A stretch of DNA of 64,000 bases from Lachnospiraceae bacterium UBA3310 (GTDB lineage: Bacteria > Bacillota > Clostridia > Lachnospirales > Lachnospiraceae). The DNA is taken from contig DESQ01000029.1 of the NCBI GenBank assembly GCA_002361355.1, positions 21,141 to 85,140 of the forward strand. Reading direction: 5' to 3'. Under the pieces are notes generated by a model. The model had not been told where the DNA came from and ran no database searches. It saw only the letters and a list, made by a program, of their open reading frames with translations. The translations under genes and the position numbers were made by a program. Shown here in pieces: positions 1 through 9,955 of this stretch. The first letter of the stretch is position 1, and every line of letters starts with the position of its first letter.

Positions 1-1379
1 TACAGGCGGTGATTCTCTGCCCTACCAGAGAGCTTGCCATGCAGGCGGCGGATGAACTGCGCAAGTTCGCCAAGTACATGGACGGCATCAAAGTGCTTCC
101 GGTATATGGCGGGCAGGAGATCTATAAGCAGATCAAGAATTTAAAGACCGGCGTGCAGATTGTGGTGGGAACGCCCGGCCGCGTGATGGATCACATGCGC
201 AGGCACACCCTTAAGATGGATCATGTGCATACGGTGGTGCTGGATGAGGCCGACGAGATGTTAAACATGGGATTTAGGGAAGACATAGAGACCATTTTAA
301 AGGAGATGCCGCAGGAGAGGCAGACTGGGCTTTTTTCGGCCACCATGCCAAAACCCATTCTGGATATCACGAAGACCTACCAGAAGGATGCGGCATACGT
401 CAAGATGACCCCGAAGGAAGTTACGATCCCGTTGATCAAACAGGCTTACTATCAGGTGCGGAAGCAGGATAAGGAGGAAGTGCTCTGCCGCCTGATTGAC
501 TATTATACGCCGGGGCGTGCGCTTATTTTCTGTAATACAAAGAAGATGGTGGATGAGCTGACGGAGCATTTAAAAGCGAGAGGCTATGAGGTGGAGGGTC
601 TGCACGGCGACCTGACGCAGGGACAGAGAGACACGGTGATGAACCTGTTCCGCAGCGGCAGGATCAATCTTCTGATCGCCACCGACGTGGCGGCAAGAGG
701 CATCGATGTGAATGATGTGGAGGCGGTCTACAATTTTGATGTGCCCGATGATATCGAGTACTATGTGCACCGCATCGGCAGAACCGGCCGCGCCGGTAAG
801 ACGGGGCGCTCCTTTACCCTTGTGGTGGGAAGAGAGGCTTATAAAATCCGTGATATCGAACGCGTCTGCCACACGAAGATCAAGGAGCGCAAAGTGCCAA
901 ACGCGGCGGATATCACCGCCAGAAAAGCGGAGAAGATTTTGAAGGAAGCCACTGCGGTGATTGAGAACGAGGATATCAGCAGGGCGACAGAGTATATTCT
1001 GGATGCGGTGGCGCTGGGGCAGTACAGCGCAACCCAGATTGCAGCGGCATTTATGAAGATGAAACTGGGTGACGAGATTGAGGATATCCGGGCGGAGAAA
1101 TTTTTCTTTGAGAAGAGAGCGCCGAAAAACGGCCGGGGCGGCAAAGGAAACAGAGACGGAAAAGGCGGCTACGGCGGAAGAGGGAATAAAGACGGAAAAG
1201 GCGCTTACGTCGGCAAAGGAAATAAAGACGGCAAACGCAGCAAGATTGGCAAGACCGGCTACAGTGACAAGGGAAAAGGCGGTTACGCTACAAAGGGAGA
1301 AAAGAAAAACAAAAACACCGGCAGGCGGGAGGCGGATTTTGAACCCCGCTACGGCGGCCTGCGCATTAAGACCAAATAG
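1..1379 (+). CDS. DEAD-box RNA helicase (CshA/DeaD-like), 5' partial (start lies upstream of the window)
   Basis: Motifs Ia PTRELA, Ib TPGR, II DEAD, III SAT, V TDVAARGID and VI HRIGRTGR; basic G/K-rich C-terminal tail; Q and Walker A motifs fall before position 1. Confidence 0.95.
   Translation, partial: QAVILCPTRELAMQAADELRKFAKYMDGIKVLPVYGGQEIYKQIKNLKTGVQIVVGTPGRVMDHMRRHTLKMDHVHTVVLDEADEMLNMGFREDIETILKEMPQERQTGLFSATMPKPILDITKTYQKDAAYVKMTPKEVTIPLIKQAYYQVRKQDKEEVLCRLIDYYTPGRALIFCNTKKMVDELTEHLKARGYEVEGLHGDLTQGQRDTVMNLFRSGRINLLIATDVAARGIDVNDVEAVYNFDVPDDIEYYVHRIGRTGRAGKTGRSFTLVVGREAYKIRDIERVCHTKIKERKVPNAADITARKAEKILKEATAVIENEDISRATEYILDAVALGQYSATQIAAAFMKMKLGDEIEDIRAEKFFFEKRAPKNGRGGKGNRDGKGGYGGRGNKDGKGAYVGKGNKDGKRSKIGKTGYSDKGKGGYATKGEKKNKNTGRREADFEPRYGGLRIKTK
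1137..1235 (+). repeat. 36-bp (12-aa) tandem repeat, about 2.75 copies, in the helicase tail
   Basis: GGKGNRDGKGGY / GGRGNKDGKGAY / VGKGNKDGK, visible at DNA level. Confidence 0.85.
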
Positions 1380-1404
1380 GGAGAATGCCAAAGAGGCATT
1401 CTCC
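1380..1404. terminator. Hairpin between convergent genes
   Basis: GGAGAATGCC-AAAGA-GGCATTCTCC; no clear U-tract. Confidence 0.55.
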
Positions 1405-1410
1405 GCAGCT

Positions 1411-2007
1411 TTACAATGTTAACTCCGATCCGTGGTCTTTCAGCCATCTGCGGTGGGTGCGGTAGTCTGGGCAGACGCTCTCCACAAGCGCCCAGAAGGC
1501 GGCGGAGTGGTTCATGTGGGTCAGATGGCACAGCTCATGCACGACCACATAATCCAGGACGGCAGGGGGCGCCAGCATAAGCCGCCAGTTAAAGGAGAGA
1601 GTACCTCTGGCGCTGCAGCTTCCCCAGCGGGTCTTCTGATCGCGGATGGTGATACGGTTATAATTTCCGCCGGTGAGCGGAAGGAAGTAGGCGGCCCGTT
1701 TCGGGAAATAGTCTCTGGCGGCCTCTATGTAGCGTTTTTCAAGGGCGGCCCGCTGATTGTCCGTCAGATTGGAGACAGGTCTGCGGGCGGCATGTTCTTT
1801 TGCTTCCAGCCAGTGGGTGATAATCCAGTGCTGTTTCTCCAGCAGGAGATGGCGGATATCCGCCTCGGAAGTGCCAAGAGGCAGCCGCAGCGTGATTTCT
1901 CCCTCGGTCGAGATGCTGATAGAGCAGGTTTTCCGGCGGCTGTATACCACGGTGTAGGGAAGTTCATATAGTTTGCTCTGGTATTTGATGCGGTGTATGT
2001 GTTCCAT
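1411..2007 (-). CDS. YgjP/DUF45 (M48-type) zinc metallohydrolase
   Basis: TRWGSCS and VVHELCH (HExxH) motifs, then HSAAFW. Confidence 0.88.
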   Translation of the reverse strand: MEHIHRIKYQSKLYELPYTVVYSRRKTCSISISTEGEITLRLPLGTSEADIRHLLLEKQHWIITHWLEAKEHAARRPVSNLTDNQRAALEKRYIEAARDYFPKRAAYFLPLTGGNYNRITIRDQKTRWGSCSARGTLSFNWRLMLAPPAVLDYVVVHELCHLTHMNHSAAFWALVESVCPDYRTHRRWLKDHGSELTL

Positions 2008-2047
2008 AAGTTCATTTTACCACAATGCGCCCCAAATGGTTAATCCC

Positions 2048-2076
2048 TTTACACATTCTGGGAAAACGGCTATAAT
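2048..2076 (+). promoter_or_regulatory. Sigma-A promoter of gpmI
   Basis: TTTACA-17 bp-TATAAT. Confidence 0.75.
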
Positions 2077-2189
2077 AATGCTGTAACGGTCAAGATGAAT
2101 TTATATGGAAAGTGGGCGTTAATCTTACAGAGGTTGACAAAATAAAAGAGTAATAAAGGAATCAAGAGACAGAAAAGGAGAAACAAGTC

Positions 2190-3734
2190 ATGGGAAGAAA
2201 GAAACCGGCAGTGTTGATGATTTTGGACGGCTACGGCCTCAACGAGAAGACGGAGGGCAATGCGGTTGCACTGGCAAAGACCCCGGTGATGGATCAGTTG
2301 ATGAAAGAGTATCCCTTTGTGAAGGGAAATGCCAGCGGTATGGCGGTAGGCCTGCCCGACGGACAGATGGGAAACTCCGAGGTGGGGCATTTGAACATGG
2401 GTGCGGGGCGCATCGTGTATCAGGAACTTACCAGAATTACGAAAGAGATTCAGGACGGCACTTTTTTTGAGAATCCGGCGCTTCTTGACGCGGTGAACAA
2501 CTGCAAGAAGAACGATTCCGCCCTGCATATGTTCGGACTTTTGTCCGACGGCGGCGTGCACAGCCACAATACGCATCTTTACGGCCTGTTGGAACTGGCG
2601 AAGAGAAACGGCCTGTCCAAGGTATATGTGCATGCGTTCTTAGACGGAAGAGATACACCTCCGGCAAGCGGTAAGGGTTATGTGGAAGAACTGGAAGCGG
2701 AGATGAAAAAGATCGGCGTCGGTGAGGTGGCTACGGTGACGGGCCGCTACTATGCGATGGATCGTGACAATAACTACGACAGAGTGGAAAAGGCATATCT
2801 GGCGCTCACAAAGGGCGAAGGACTGGAAGCGGAGAGCGGCCCTGCGGGGATTCAGGCATCCTATGACAGGGACGAGACAGACGAGTTTGTGAAGCCCACG
2901 GTTGTAAAGAAAAACGGCGCTCCTGTGGCGACCATCAAGGACGGGGATTCCGTAATCTTCTTTAACTTCCGTCCAGACAGGGCAAGAGAGATTACCAGAA
3001 GCTTCTGCGACGACGATTTCAAGGGATTTAGCAGAGGAAAGAGACTGGATCTGACCTATGTGTGTTTCTCCGATTATGATCCTACGATTTTAAATAAAGA
3101 AGTGGCGTTCCACAAGATTTCCGTGACCAATACCTTCGGCGAGTGGCTTGCGGCAAACGGCATGAAGCAGGCGAGAATTGCGGAGACAGAGAAGTACGCG
3201 CACGTGACTTTCTTCTTTAACGGCGGCGTGGAGGAACCAAACGAGGGCGAGACCCGCATTCTGGTCAATTCTCCCAAGGATGTTGCCACTTACGACTTAA
3301 AGCCCCAGATGAGCGCTTACGAGGTTTGCGACAAACTGGTGGAGGCGATTAAGTCCGGCACTTACGATGTGATTATCATTAACTTTGCCAATCCTGATAT
3401 GGTGGGCCATACCGGCGTGCAGGAGGCGGCCATCAAGGCTGTGGAGGCTGTGGACGAGTGTGTGGGCAAAGCGGTTGCGGCCATCAAAGAGGTGGACGGC
3501 GTGCTGTTCATCTGCGCAGACCATGGCAATGCGGAGCAGCTTGTGGATTATGAGACGGGTGCGCCTTTCACAGCGCATACCACCAATCCGGTGCCCTTTA
3601 TCCTGGTCAACGCTGACCCTGCTTACAAGCTTCGCGAGGGCGGCTGCCTTGCGGATATCGTTCCTACGATCATCGAGCTGATGGGAATGGAGCAGCCTGC
3701 GGAGATGACAGGAAAATCCCTGTTAGTGAAATAA
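2190..3734 (+). CDS. gpmI: 2,3-bisphosphoglycerate-independent phosphoglycerate mutase
   Basis: [42 protein letters not shown] and ADHGNAE motifs; AGGAG RBS. Confidence 0.97.
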   Translation: MGRKKPAVLMILDGYGLNEKTEGNAVALAKTPVMDQLMKEYPFVKGNASGMAVGLPDGQMGNSEVGHLNMGAGRIVYQELTRITKEIQDGTFFENPALLDAVNNCKKNDSALHMFGLLSDGGVHSHNTHLYGLLELAKRNGLSKVYVHAFLDGRDTPPASGKGYVEELEAEMKKIGVGEVATVTGRYYAMDRDNNYDRVEKAYLALTKGEGLEAESGPAGIQASYDRDETDEFVKPTVVKKNGAPVATIKDGDSVIFFNFRPDRAREITRSFCDDDFKGFSRGKRLDLTYVCFSDYDPTILNKEVAFHKISVTNTFGEWLAANGMKQARIAETEKYAHVTFFFNGGVEEPNEGETRILVNSPKDVATYDLKPQMSAYEVCDKLVEAIKSGTYDVIIINFANPDMVGHTGVQEAAIKAVEAVDECVGKAVAAIKEVDGVLFICADHGNAEQLVDYETGAPFTAHTTNPVPFILVNADPAYKLREGGCLADIVPTIIELMGMEQPAEMTGKSLLVK

Positions 3735-3746
3735 ATTATAATTTTT

Positions 3747-3777
3747 GGCGGAGGCTTGACATGGCCTCCGCCTTTTT
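3747..3777 (+). terminator. Intrinsic terminator of gpmI
   Basis: GGCGGAGGC-loop-GCCTCCGCC followed by TTTTT. Confidence 0.85.
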
Positions 3778-3784
3778 GTATACT
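3756..3784 (+). promoter_or_regulatory. Sigma-A promoter of the GntR-ABC operon, overlapping the gpmI terminator
   Basis: TTGACA (in the terminator loop)-17 bp-TATACT. Confidence 0.8.
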
Positions 3785-3850
3785 AACTGTACCACCACAA
3801 ATAATACGCTTAATATTGTGGAGGGGTATAATTCAAAGAAAGGAGATCAC

Positions 3851-4210
3851 ATGATAATCATAGACTATAAGGATACCCACCCGATCTATGAACAGGTCGT
3901 GGAACGGTTCAAGACCCTGATTTTGAAGGGCGCTATGCTGCCGGACGAGCAGATGCCGTCGGTCCGCAATCTGGCGATGGAGCTGTCCATCAATCCGAAT
4001 ACGATTCAGAAGGCTTACGCGGAACTGGAGCGGCAGGACTTTATTTATACCGTTAAGGGACGGGGAAGTTTTGTGTCCGGGGACGGAAGTCTCGTGGAGA
4101 AACGGAAGAGGGAATATCTGGAGGAGATACTGCGGCTTGCGAGGGAGCTGTTGGAGATCGGTATGCCAAAGAGGGAACTTGTTCTGGAAATCGAGAATCT
4201 ACAGATATAG
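3851..4210 (+). CDS. GntR family (YtrA-type) transcriptional regulator
   Basis: PIYEQ...MPSVRNLAMELSINPNTIQKAYAELE...GRGSFV; RBS AAGGAG before ATG 3851. Confidence 0.93.
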   Translation: MIIIDYKDTHPIYEQVVERFKTLILKGAMLPDEQMPSVRNLAMELSINPNTIQKAYAELERQDFIYTVKGRGSFVSGDGSLVEKRKREYLEEILRLARELLEIGMPKRELVLEIENLQI

Positions 4211-4224
4211 AAGGGGAGGAACTT

Positions 4225-5130
4225 ATGATAGAGATACATAATCTGACGAAGTATTTTGATGACATAAAGGCCGTCGATGATGTCAGTGTTACCATCAGGG
4301 AAAAGACGGTGTTCGGCCTGATCGGTACAAACGGCGCGGGAAAGAGCACGGTGCTTCGCATGGTATCGGGTGTGTTTGCGCCTGACAGCGGGACGGTGGC
4401 GGTTGACAATATGCCTGTGTACGACAATGTGGAAGCGAAGAAAAAACTGTTTTTTATTGCGGACGAGCCCTACTTTTTTGCGAACGCTAACGCCGCAGCC
4501 ATGGAGCACTACTACAGTGGCATTTTTGAGGAGTTTAACCGTGAGGAGTTTTATCAGTATCTGGAAAAATTCAATCTGGATAAGAACCGGAAGATTGCTA
4601 CTTTTTCCAAGGGAATGAAAAAACAGCTTGCCCTGCTTCTGGGAATCTGTGCCCACACGAAATACATTCTGTGCGATGAGACATTTGACGGGCTGGATCC
4701 GGTGATGCGGCAGGGGATCAAATCTATTTTCGCAAAGGAGATGGAGGAGCGGGGGCTGACGCCCGTGATCGCTTCCCACAACTTGAGAGAACTGGAGGAT
4801 ATCTGTGACCATGTGGGACTGTTACATAAGGGCGGCGTTCTGCTTTCCAAGGATTTGGAGGACATGAAGTGCAACATTCAGAAGGTGCAGTGTGTGTTCT
4901 CCTCGGTGGAGGATGAGTTGAAGGCGCTGAACGGACTTGAAGTGTTAAAGAAGGAGCAGAGGGGATCGCTTTGCACGATCACTGTGCGCAGTACAAGGGA
5001 GGAAGTGGAGGCACGGTTTGCCACGGTAGATACGATATTTTATGAGGTGCTTCCGCTGTCTCTGGAGGAGATTTTTATCAGTGAGACGGAGGTGGTAGGC
5101 TATGACATCAAGAAACTCATTCTGGGGTAG
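4225..5130 (+). CDS. ABC transporter ATP-binding protein (YtrB-like)
   Basis: Walker A GTNGAGKST, signature FSKGMKK, Walker B ILCDE, H-loop ASH. Confidence 0.93.
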   Translation: MIEIHNLTKYFDDIKAVDDVSVTIREKTVFGLIGTNGAGKSTVLRMVSGVFAPDSGTVAVDNMPVYDNVEAKKKLFFIADEPYFFANANAAAMEHYYSGIFEEFNREEFYQYLEKFNLDKNRKIATFSKGMKKQLALLLGICAHTKYILCDETFDGLDPVMRQGIKSIFAKEMEERGLTPVIASHNLRELEDICDHVGLLHKGGVLLSKDLEDMKCNIQKVQCVFSSVEDELKALNGLEVLKKEQRGSLCTITVRSTREEVEARFATVDTIFYEVLPLSLEEIFISETEVVGYDIKKLILG

Positions 5131-7273
5131 TTGCAGGGAAAATCATAAAAGGCGGATCTGGGTCTGGATCGTGGCGGTGCTGTCCCAGCTTCTTATCTAC
5201 GGCGGTGTGACCATGATCTATCTAAGCCGCATCAAGGGATTTTACGCGGAAGGCACTTACAGAAGCCTGGCGGAGTTTAAGCAGGCGATGTACCAGGCGG
5301 CGCGGGATGCGATTGGTTTTTCCGATAACCTCTATCCCGTGATTATGCTGCTAGCGGCGTTGATCGCCTTGCAGGGCTTCTCCTATCTGTATGACAGGAG
5401 AAAGGTGGATGTCTACCACAGCGTTCCCGTATCGAAGAACAGAAGGTTTGCGGTGGTCTATGTAAATGGCCTTATGATCTATCTGGTCTCGAATCTTTTG
5501 GGACTGATTCTCGGCATGGCGATTGCGGCGTCCCAGGGCGCGGTGAACGGGGAAGTCATGGCGGAGGCATGGCTTGCCTTCGTGTGGAATCTGGCATTTT
5601 TCCTTGCCTACTACCACCTGATGATTCTGGCGGTGATGCTGACGGGAAACCGGTTTGTGACGATTTGCGTTTTTTTGGTGTTTACGCTGTATGAGATCAT
5701 CGCTTACATGCTGATCGGAAATTTGAAAGCGGTCTTTTTCAAGACGTATTCCGGGTATTTCGTGTATCAGAGGGCGAAGCTGTCCCCGCTGAGAGATTAT
5801 ACGTCATACATCTGGCAGCTTAAGAATGTGGAAAATGCGGCGGAGGCGGCGCGGATTGCCATGCCTCTTGCGGCCAAGTGGATCGGGATTGCCCTGGTGG
5901 TTCTGGCGGTTGCGTGGTTTGCCTACAGGAAGAGACCATCCGAGACCGCTGGAAAAGCGATTGCCTATCGGTTTCTGGAGCCACTTCTCAAGGTGGCGGT
6001 GGCGGTTGCGTCCGCTTTCCTGATCGGACAGCTTGTATATGATACTTCCTATCAAAACGAGCCTCTGCTAGTGCTGGGGATGCTGCTTGGCGGGCTGATC
6101 GTCTGTGCGGCCATGGAGGTGGTTTATGATTTTGATATACGGAGCCTGTTTAAGCATCTGCTCTCGAGCGGTGTTGCGTTAGCCGGCATTCTGGCAATAT
6201 TTTGCAGCTTTAAATGGGATCTGTTCGGGTATGACAGCTATATTCCGGCGCAAAATAAAATAGAGAGTATTGCAATTGACGCAGATGGGTACTATGATAG
6301 CTATTGGGATGAAAACTGGCGGTATCTGGACGAAGCGGAGTATAAAAAAGAAAATATGTTCCTGACCGATGCCGAGCCGGTTCTTGCCCTGGCGCAGAAG
6401 GCGGGGCAGACGGATACGGAGGAAATGTCGGAGAACCGCACTGTGCAGATTCTGTACCGCTTAAAATCTGGCAGACAGGTGGACAGAAGGATTCAGGTGG
6501 ACTATGACGATCCCGAGACGGAGGCGCTTCTCAACCGGATTTTCCAGACGGATGCCTTTAAAATGGGGACGTTTCAGGCAATTACGGACGAGACTTCCTA
6601 TGATCATGTGGCGGCGGTTAATTATTCAAACGGCGCGGCCATAGGGATTATTCCAGGTGAGGATGCAAAAAAATTGCGGGACGCCTGGGTGAAGGATATG
6701 GAGCAGTTCGATTTTACGCTTGTGCGGCATAACCGTCCCTGCGGTATGATTACGATGGGATATGGCGCGGAAGCAGACTATATGTCGCGGCAGTATTATG
6801 TGTACGACAGTTTTGAAAATACCATCAATTTCCTGAAAAAGCGGGAAGCATACTATCCGGTAGAACTGGACGCGGCGGATATCGACAGTGTGACGGTGGG
6901 CTGTTATCACAATGAGCTTCAGAATCCGTACGCAGGAGATCCGGGGTACAATCTGTACAGACGTGCAGCCGAGGCGGAAGCAGTGGATACTTACGTGGAT
7001 TATACGGTGCGGGAGACCTTTTATGAGGAGGAGCAGATCGCACAGATTCTGCCCCATATTTATCCGAGCTATATCGATGCGCCGTGGGGTCGTTACGGGG
7101 GAGCTGCGGAAGCTGTAGAGGATCAGAATAACTATTCCTTGGAGATTGTGTTTAAAAAAGACAGCGCATATCCCTATGATAGGGGCAGTTATTACTTTAA
7201 CTATTGTTTCCGAAACGGCGAGGTTCCGGATTTCGTAGCCGAAGCGACGGCCTATACCGGCGAGGCGGAGTGA
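5102..7273 (+). CDS. ABC-2-type permease with a large soluble C-terminal domain (DUF6449-like)
   Basis: About 9 hydrophobic segments, YHSVPV motif, follows a GntR and an ATPase; overlaps the ATPase stop. Confidence 0.75.
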   Translation: MTSRNSFWGSCRENHKRRIWVWIVAVLSQLLIYGGVTMIYLSRIKGFYAEGTYRSLAEFKQAMYQAARDAIGFSDNLYPVIMLLAALIALQGFSYLYDRRKVDVYHSVPVSKNRRFAVVYVNGLMIYLVSNLLGLILGMAIAASQGAVNGEVMAEAWLAFVWNLAFFLAYYHLMILAVMLTGNRFVTICVFLVFTLYEIIAYMLIGNLKAVFFKTYSGYFVYQRAKLSPLRDYTSYIWQLKNVENAAEAARIAMPLAAKWIGIALVVLAVAWFAYRKRPSETAGKAIAYRFLEPLLKVAVAVASAFLIGQLVYDTSYQNEPLLVLGMLLGGLIVCAAMEVVYDFDIRSLFKHLLSSGVALAGILAIFCSFKWDLFGYDSYIPAQNKIESIAIDADGYYDSYWDENWRYLDEAEYKKENMFLTDAEPVLALAQKAGQTDTEEMSENRTVQILYRLKSGRQVDRRIQVDYDDPETEALLNRIFQTDAFKMGTFQAITDETSYDHVAAVNYSNGAAIGIIPGEDAKKLRDAWVKDMEQFDFTLVRHNRPCGMITMGYGAEADYMSRQYYVYDSFENTINFLKKREAYYPVELDAADIDSVTVGCYHNELQNPYAGDPGYNLYRRAAEAEAVDTYVDYTVRETFYEEEQIAQILPHIYPSYIDAPWGRYGGAAEAVEDQNNYSLEIVFKKDSAYPYDRGSYYFNYCFRNGEVPDFVAEATAYTGEAE

Positions 7274-7332
7274 AGCGCGGGCATTCTCCGTGTGGCGTAA
7301 CCGAAGAATTAACAGGAATAAAGGAGCAGTTT

Positions 7333-8139
7333 GTGAGCGAAAACAGCTGTGCAAAGCCTGTGATACAGGTGAAGGATCTCTATAAGATATACCGTGTGGG
7401 GGAGGAGCGGGTGCGGGCGTTAAACGGCGTCAGCTTCTCCATCAGGCGGGGGTGCTTTTGTTCGATCGTGGGCGCATCCGGTTCCGGGAAATCCACTCTG
7501 TTAAATATGTTAGCAGGGTTGGAGAAACCTACCAAGGGTGAGATTGTGATTGCGGGAGAGCATATGGAAGAGAAGAGTGAAAACCAACTCGTTGCATTCC
7601 GCAGGGAACACATCGGATTTATCTTCCAGTCCTTCAATCTGATGGGTACTATGGACGCCATTGAAAATGTGGCGCTGCCTCTGACCTTTCAGGGGATGGA
7701 TAAAAAGAGCAGAAATAAAAAGGCCGAGGAGATGCTGGAGCTGGTGGGGCTGACCAAATATAAGAAACACCGGCCGAACCAGATGTCAGGCGGACAGCAG
7801 CAGCGTGTGGGCGTGGCCCGCGCGCTGGTTGTGGAGCCAGAGATTATCTTTGCGGACGAGCCAACGGGAAACCTTGATTCCAACACTTCGGTGGAGGTTA
7901 TGAACCTGATGAAACGTGTGGTGCGGGAGAAGAACCAGACGTTAGTGATGGTTACCCATGACAATTATCTGGCAGGGTTCGCGGATATGATTTTGCGGAT
8001 CCGGGACGGTAAGATTTTGGAGATTGAGGATCGCAGCGGGCAGGACATTCCGGATGAGATTGCGGTTAAGACAGATGAGGGCATGAAAGGCGAAGGGACG
8101 GATAGAGAAAGGGAAGAGTTGGAAGGGCAGGAGAGATGA
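7333..8139 (+). CDS. ABC transporter ATP-binding protein (LolD/MacB family)
   Basis: GASGSGKST, MSGGQQQRV, IFADEPTGNLD, VTHD; GTG start after AAGGAG. Confidence 0.93.
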   Translation: MSENSCAKPVIQVKDLYKIYRVGEERVRALNGVSFSIRRGCFCSIVGASGSGKSTLLNMLAGLEKPTKGEIVIAGEHMEEKSENQLVAFRREHIGFIFQSFNLMGTMDAIENVALPLTFQGMDKKSRNKKAEEMLELVGLTKYKKHRPNQMSGGQQQRVGVARALVVEPEIIFADEPTGNLDSNTSVEVMNLMKRVVREKNQTLVMVTHDNYLAGFADMILRIRDGKILEIEDRSGQDIPDEIAVKTDEGMKGEGTDREREELEGQER

Positions 8140-9938
8140 GGAGAAAAGAGGAGAGCCGTAGGAGAACAGCAGGGCATTTGGCGGGCGGATTGGCCGGCCT
8201 GTTTTTTGCGTTAGCGGTTTTGGGACAGATGCCGGACGGGGCGGCTTCGGTGGCTTATGCCGGGGAGGAGCCGGTGACCCATACAGAGGAAAGTTCGGTC
8301 AGCGAAAACGATATCAAATATATTGAGCGGTCTTCCGACAGAGTGATTACGGATGACGACCGCGCTGACGCCGATGCGGATATGCTCTATTACATGCAAA
8401 GCCTGGAGGTGCGTTATCATCTTGACGAGAAGGTGATGGAGCAGCTTCACAAGGTCTTTGACAGCGCGGTTTACTATATTGCAAATACGGAAATGTCCCT
8501 GACGGAGTTGTGGGCGTATGTCTCTTCCGTGAAGTCCTCCATGGAATCGGCGGCGGTGGAGAAGGTGACGCAGACCACCAGCGAGTTTTTACAGGTGGGC
8601 GATAACTGGCAGACGCCCATTGTCAGTTACGGGCAGGGCGTATCCATTGTGCTGCCGGTTGTCAATTTTGGCACGGAGGAGTTAAATGACCTGATCGTGG
8701 AGCCGGTGACCTCCACCCTTGTGACAGAGTGGCCCTTCGAGCCGGATATGACCAATTATTTGCAGACAGAGCCTTACATTCCCGGCTGCCAGACGAAAGA
8801 GCAGGCAATGGCAAACCGCAGGGAATTTACCTTCCATTTTAAGACGAGAAGCGATGTGATGAGCGGTTACTATCCGCTAAAATTCCATATTTCCTACACG
8901 AAAGCTGGCATCCGCTGTGAGGAGCCGGCGGAGCTTACGGTGTATGTCAAAACCATCGGTAAGCCGGGAAGCGGTATTATTGGCGGGAACGGGCAGGAGG
9001 CTTCCGGCTCCAAACCCCGTATTGTGGTGACCGGATTTGAGACGAATCCGAAGGAGGTGTACGCCGGAGAGACGTTTACCCTGACGATTCATGTGCAGAA
9101 TACGGCAAACGATACGGCGGTTACCAATGTGCTTTTCGATATGCAGGCGGCACAGGAGGGGGAGGATAAAACCAACACGTACTCTGCCTTTCTGCCGACA
9201 TCCGGTTCCAGTTCTGTCTATATGGAACAGATTGCCCCGAATACCTCGGCGGATATCGTGATCGAGATGACGGCAAAAGCGGATTTGGCGCAGAAGCCCT
9301 ATGTGCTTGACGTGAATATGAAATACGATGCGGGGACGGTGTTTGACCTGACCGACAAGGCAAGCGTGTCGATTCCGATTTTACAGGAGAGCCGCTTTGA
9401 CACCAGTATTCCGGAGGTAGTTCCCGACAGCATCGAGGTGGGTTCCCAGTCCAATGTGATGCTCAGTATTTACAATACGGGAAAGACGACCCTCTATAAT
9501 GTGCAGGTGAAGTTCATTGCGGATTCCATAGAGGAAGCCTCCGCTTTCGTGGGAAATCTGCAGTCCGGCAACACGGGTAATGTGGACGTGATGCTGACGG
9601 GCGCGGCTCCCACGATGGATGATGGCATTGTGAAATTGGAAATCTCTTATGAGGACGAAGCCGGCAATGTGACCGCCGAGGAGAAGGAGATTACCCTTTT
9701 TGTGACGGAGCCCATGATGGACGATATGATGATGGGCGATGATATGATGATGGGTGACGATATGATGGACGGCGGGGAAGGCGGCTCTAAGACCGGACTG
9801 ATTGTGGGAATCGTTGTGGCAGTCATCGCCGTGGCGGCGGCAGGCCTGGGTGTGTTTTTCAAAATCCGCAAAAAGAAGAAAGCGGCAGCAGCCGAAGCGG
9901 CCGAACTGGCGGAATTGGAAAAGGAGTTAAATGAGTAA
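8136..9938 (+). CDS. COG1361/CARDB-like secreted Ig-fold protein with a C-terminal membrane anchor
   Basis: Signal peptide; beta-rich acidic domains (PRIVVTGFETNP...AGETFTLTIHVQN); C-terminal TM helix followed by KIRKKKK. Confidence 0.75.
   Translation: MRRKEESRRRTAGHLAGGLAGLFFALAVLGQMPDGAASVAYAGEEPVTHTEESSVSENDIKYIERSSDRVITDDDRADADADMLYYMQSLEVRYHLDEKVMEQLHKVFDSAVYYIANTEMSLTELWAYVSSVKSSMESAAVEKVTQTTSEFLQVGDNWQTPIVSYGQGVSIVLPVVNFGTEELNDLIVEPVTSTLVTEWPFEPDMTNYLQTEPYIPGCQTKEQAMANRREFTFHFKTRSDVMSGYYPLKFHISYTKAGIRCEEPAELTVYVKTIGKPGSGIIGGNGQEASGSKPRIVVTGFETNPKEVYAGETFTLTIHVQNTANDTAVTNVLFDMQAAQEGEDKTNTYSAFLPTSGSSSVYMEQIAPNTSADIVIEMTAKADLAQKPYVLDVNMKYDAGTVFDLTDKASVSIPILQESRFDTSIPEVVPDSIEVGSQSNVMLSIYNTGKTTLYNVQVKFIADSIEEASAFVGNLQSGNTGNVDVMLTGAAPTMDDGIVKLEISYEDEAGNVTAEEKEITLFVTEPMMDDMMMGDDMMMGDDMMDGGEGGSKTGLIVGIVVAVIAVAAAGLGVFFKIRKKKKAAAAEAAELAELEKELNE
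9720..9773 (+). repeat. 18-bp tandem repeat x3 encoding DDMMMG
   Basis: gacgatatgatgatgggc / gatgatatgatgatgggt / gacgatatgatggacggc. Confidence 0.85.
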
Positions 9939-9955
9939 CAGGGATTGGGGAAAAC

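Noticed and set aside
570-1391. 273-aa minus-strand ORF, and similar long antisense ORFs (4045-4812, 23392-24426, 27007-27822, 60252-60998)
   Set aside because: They are shadows of well-supported plus-strand genes, with no RBS or recognisable motifs; expected from codon bias.
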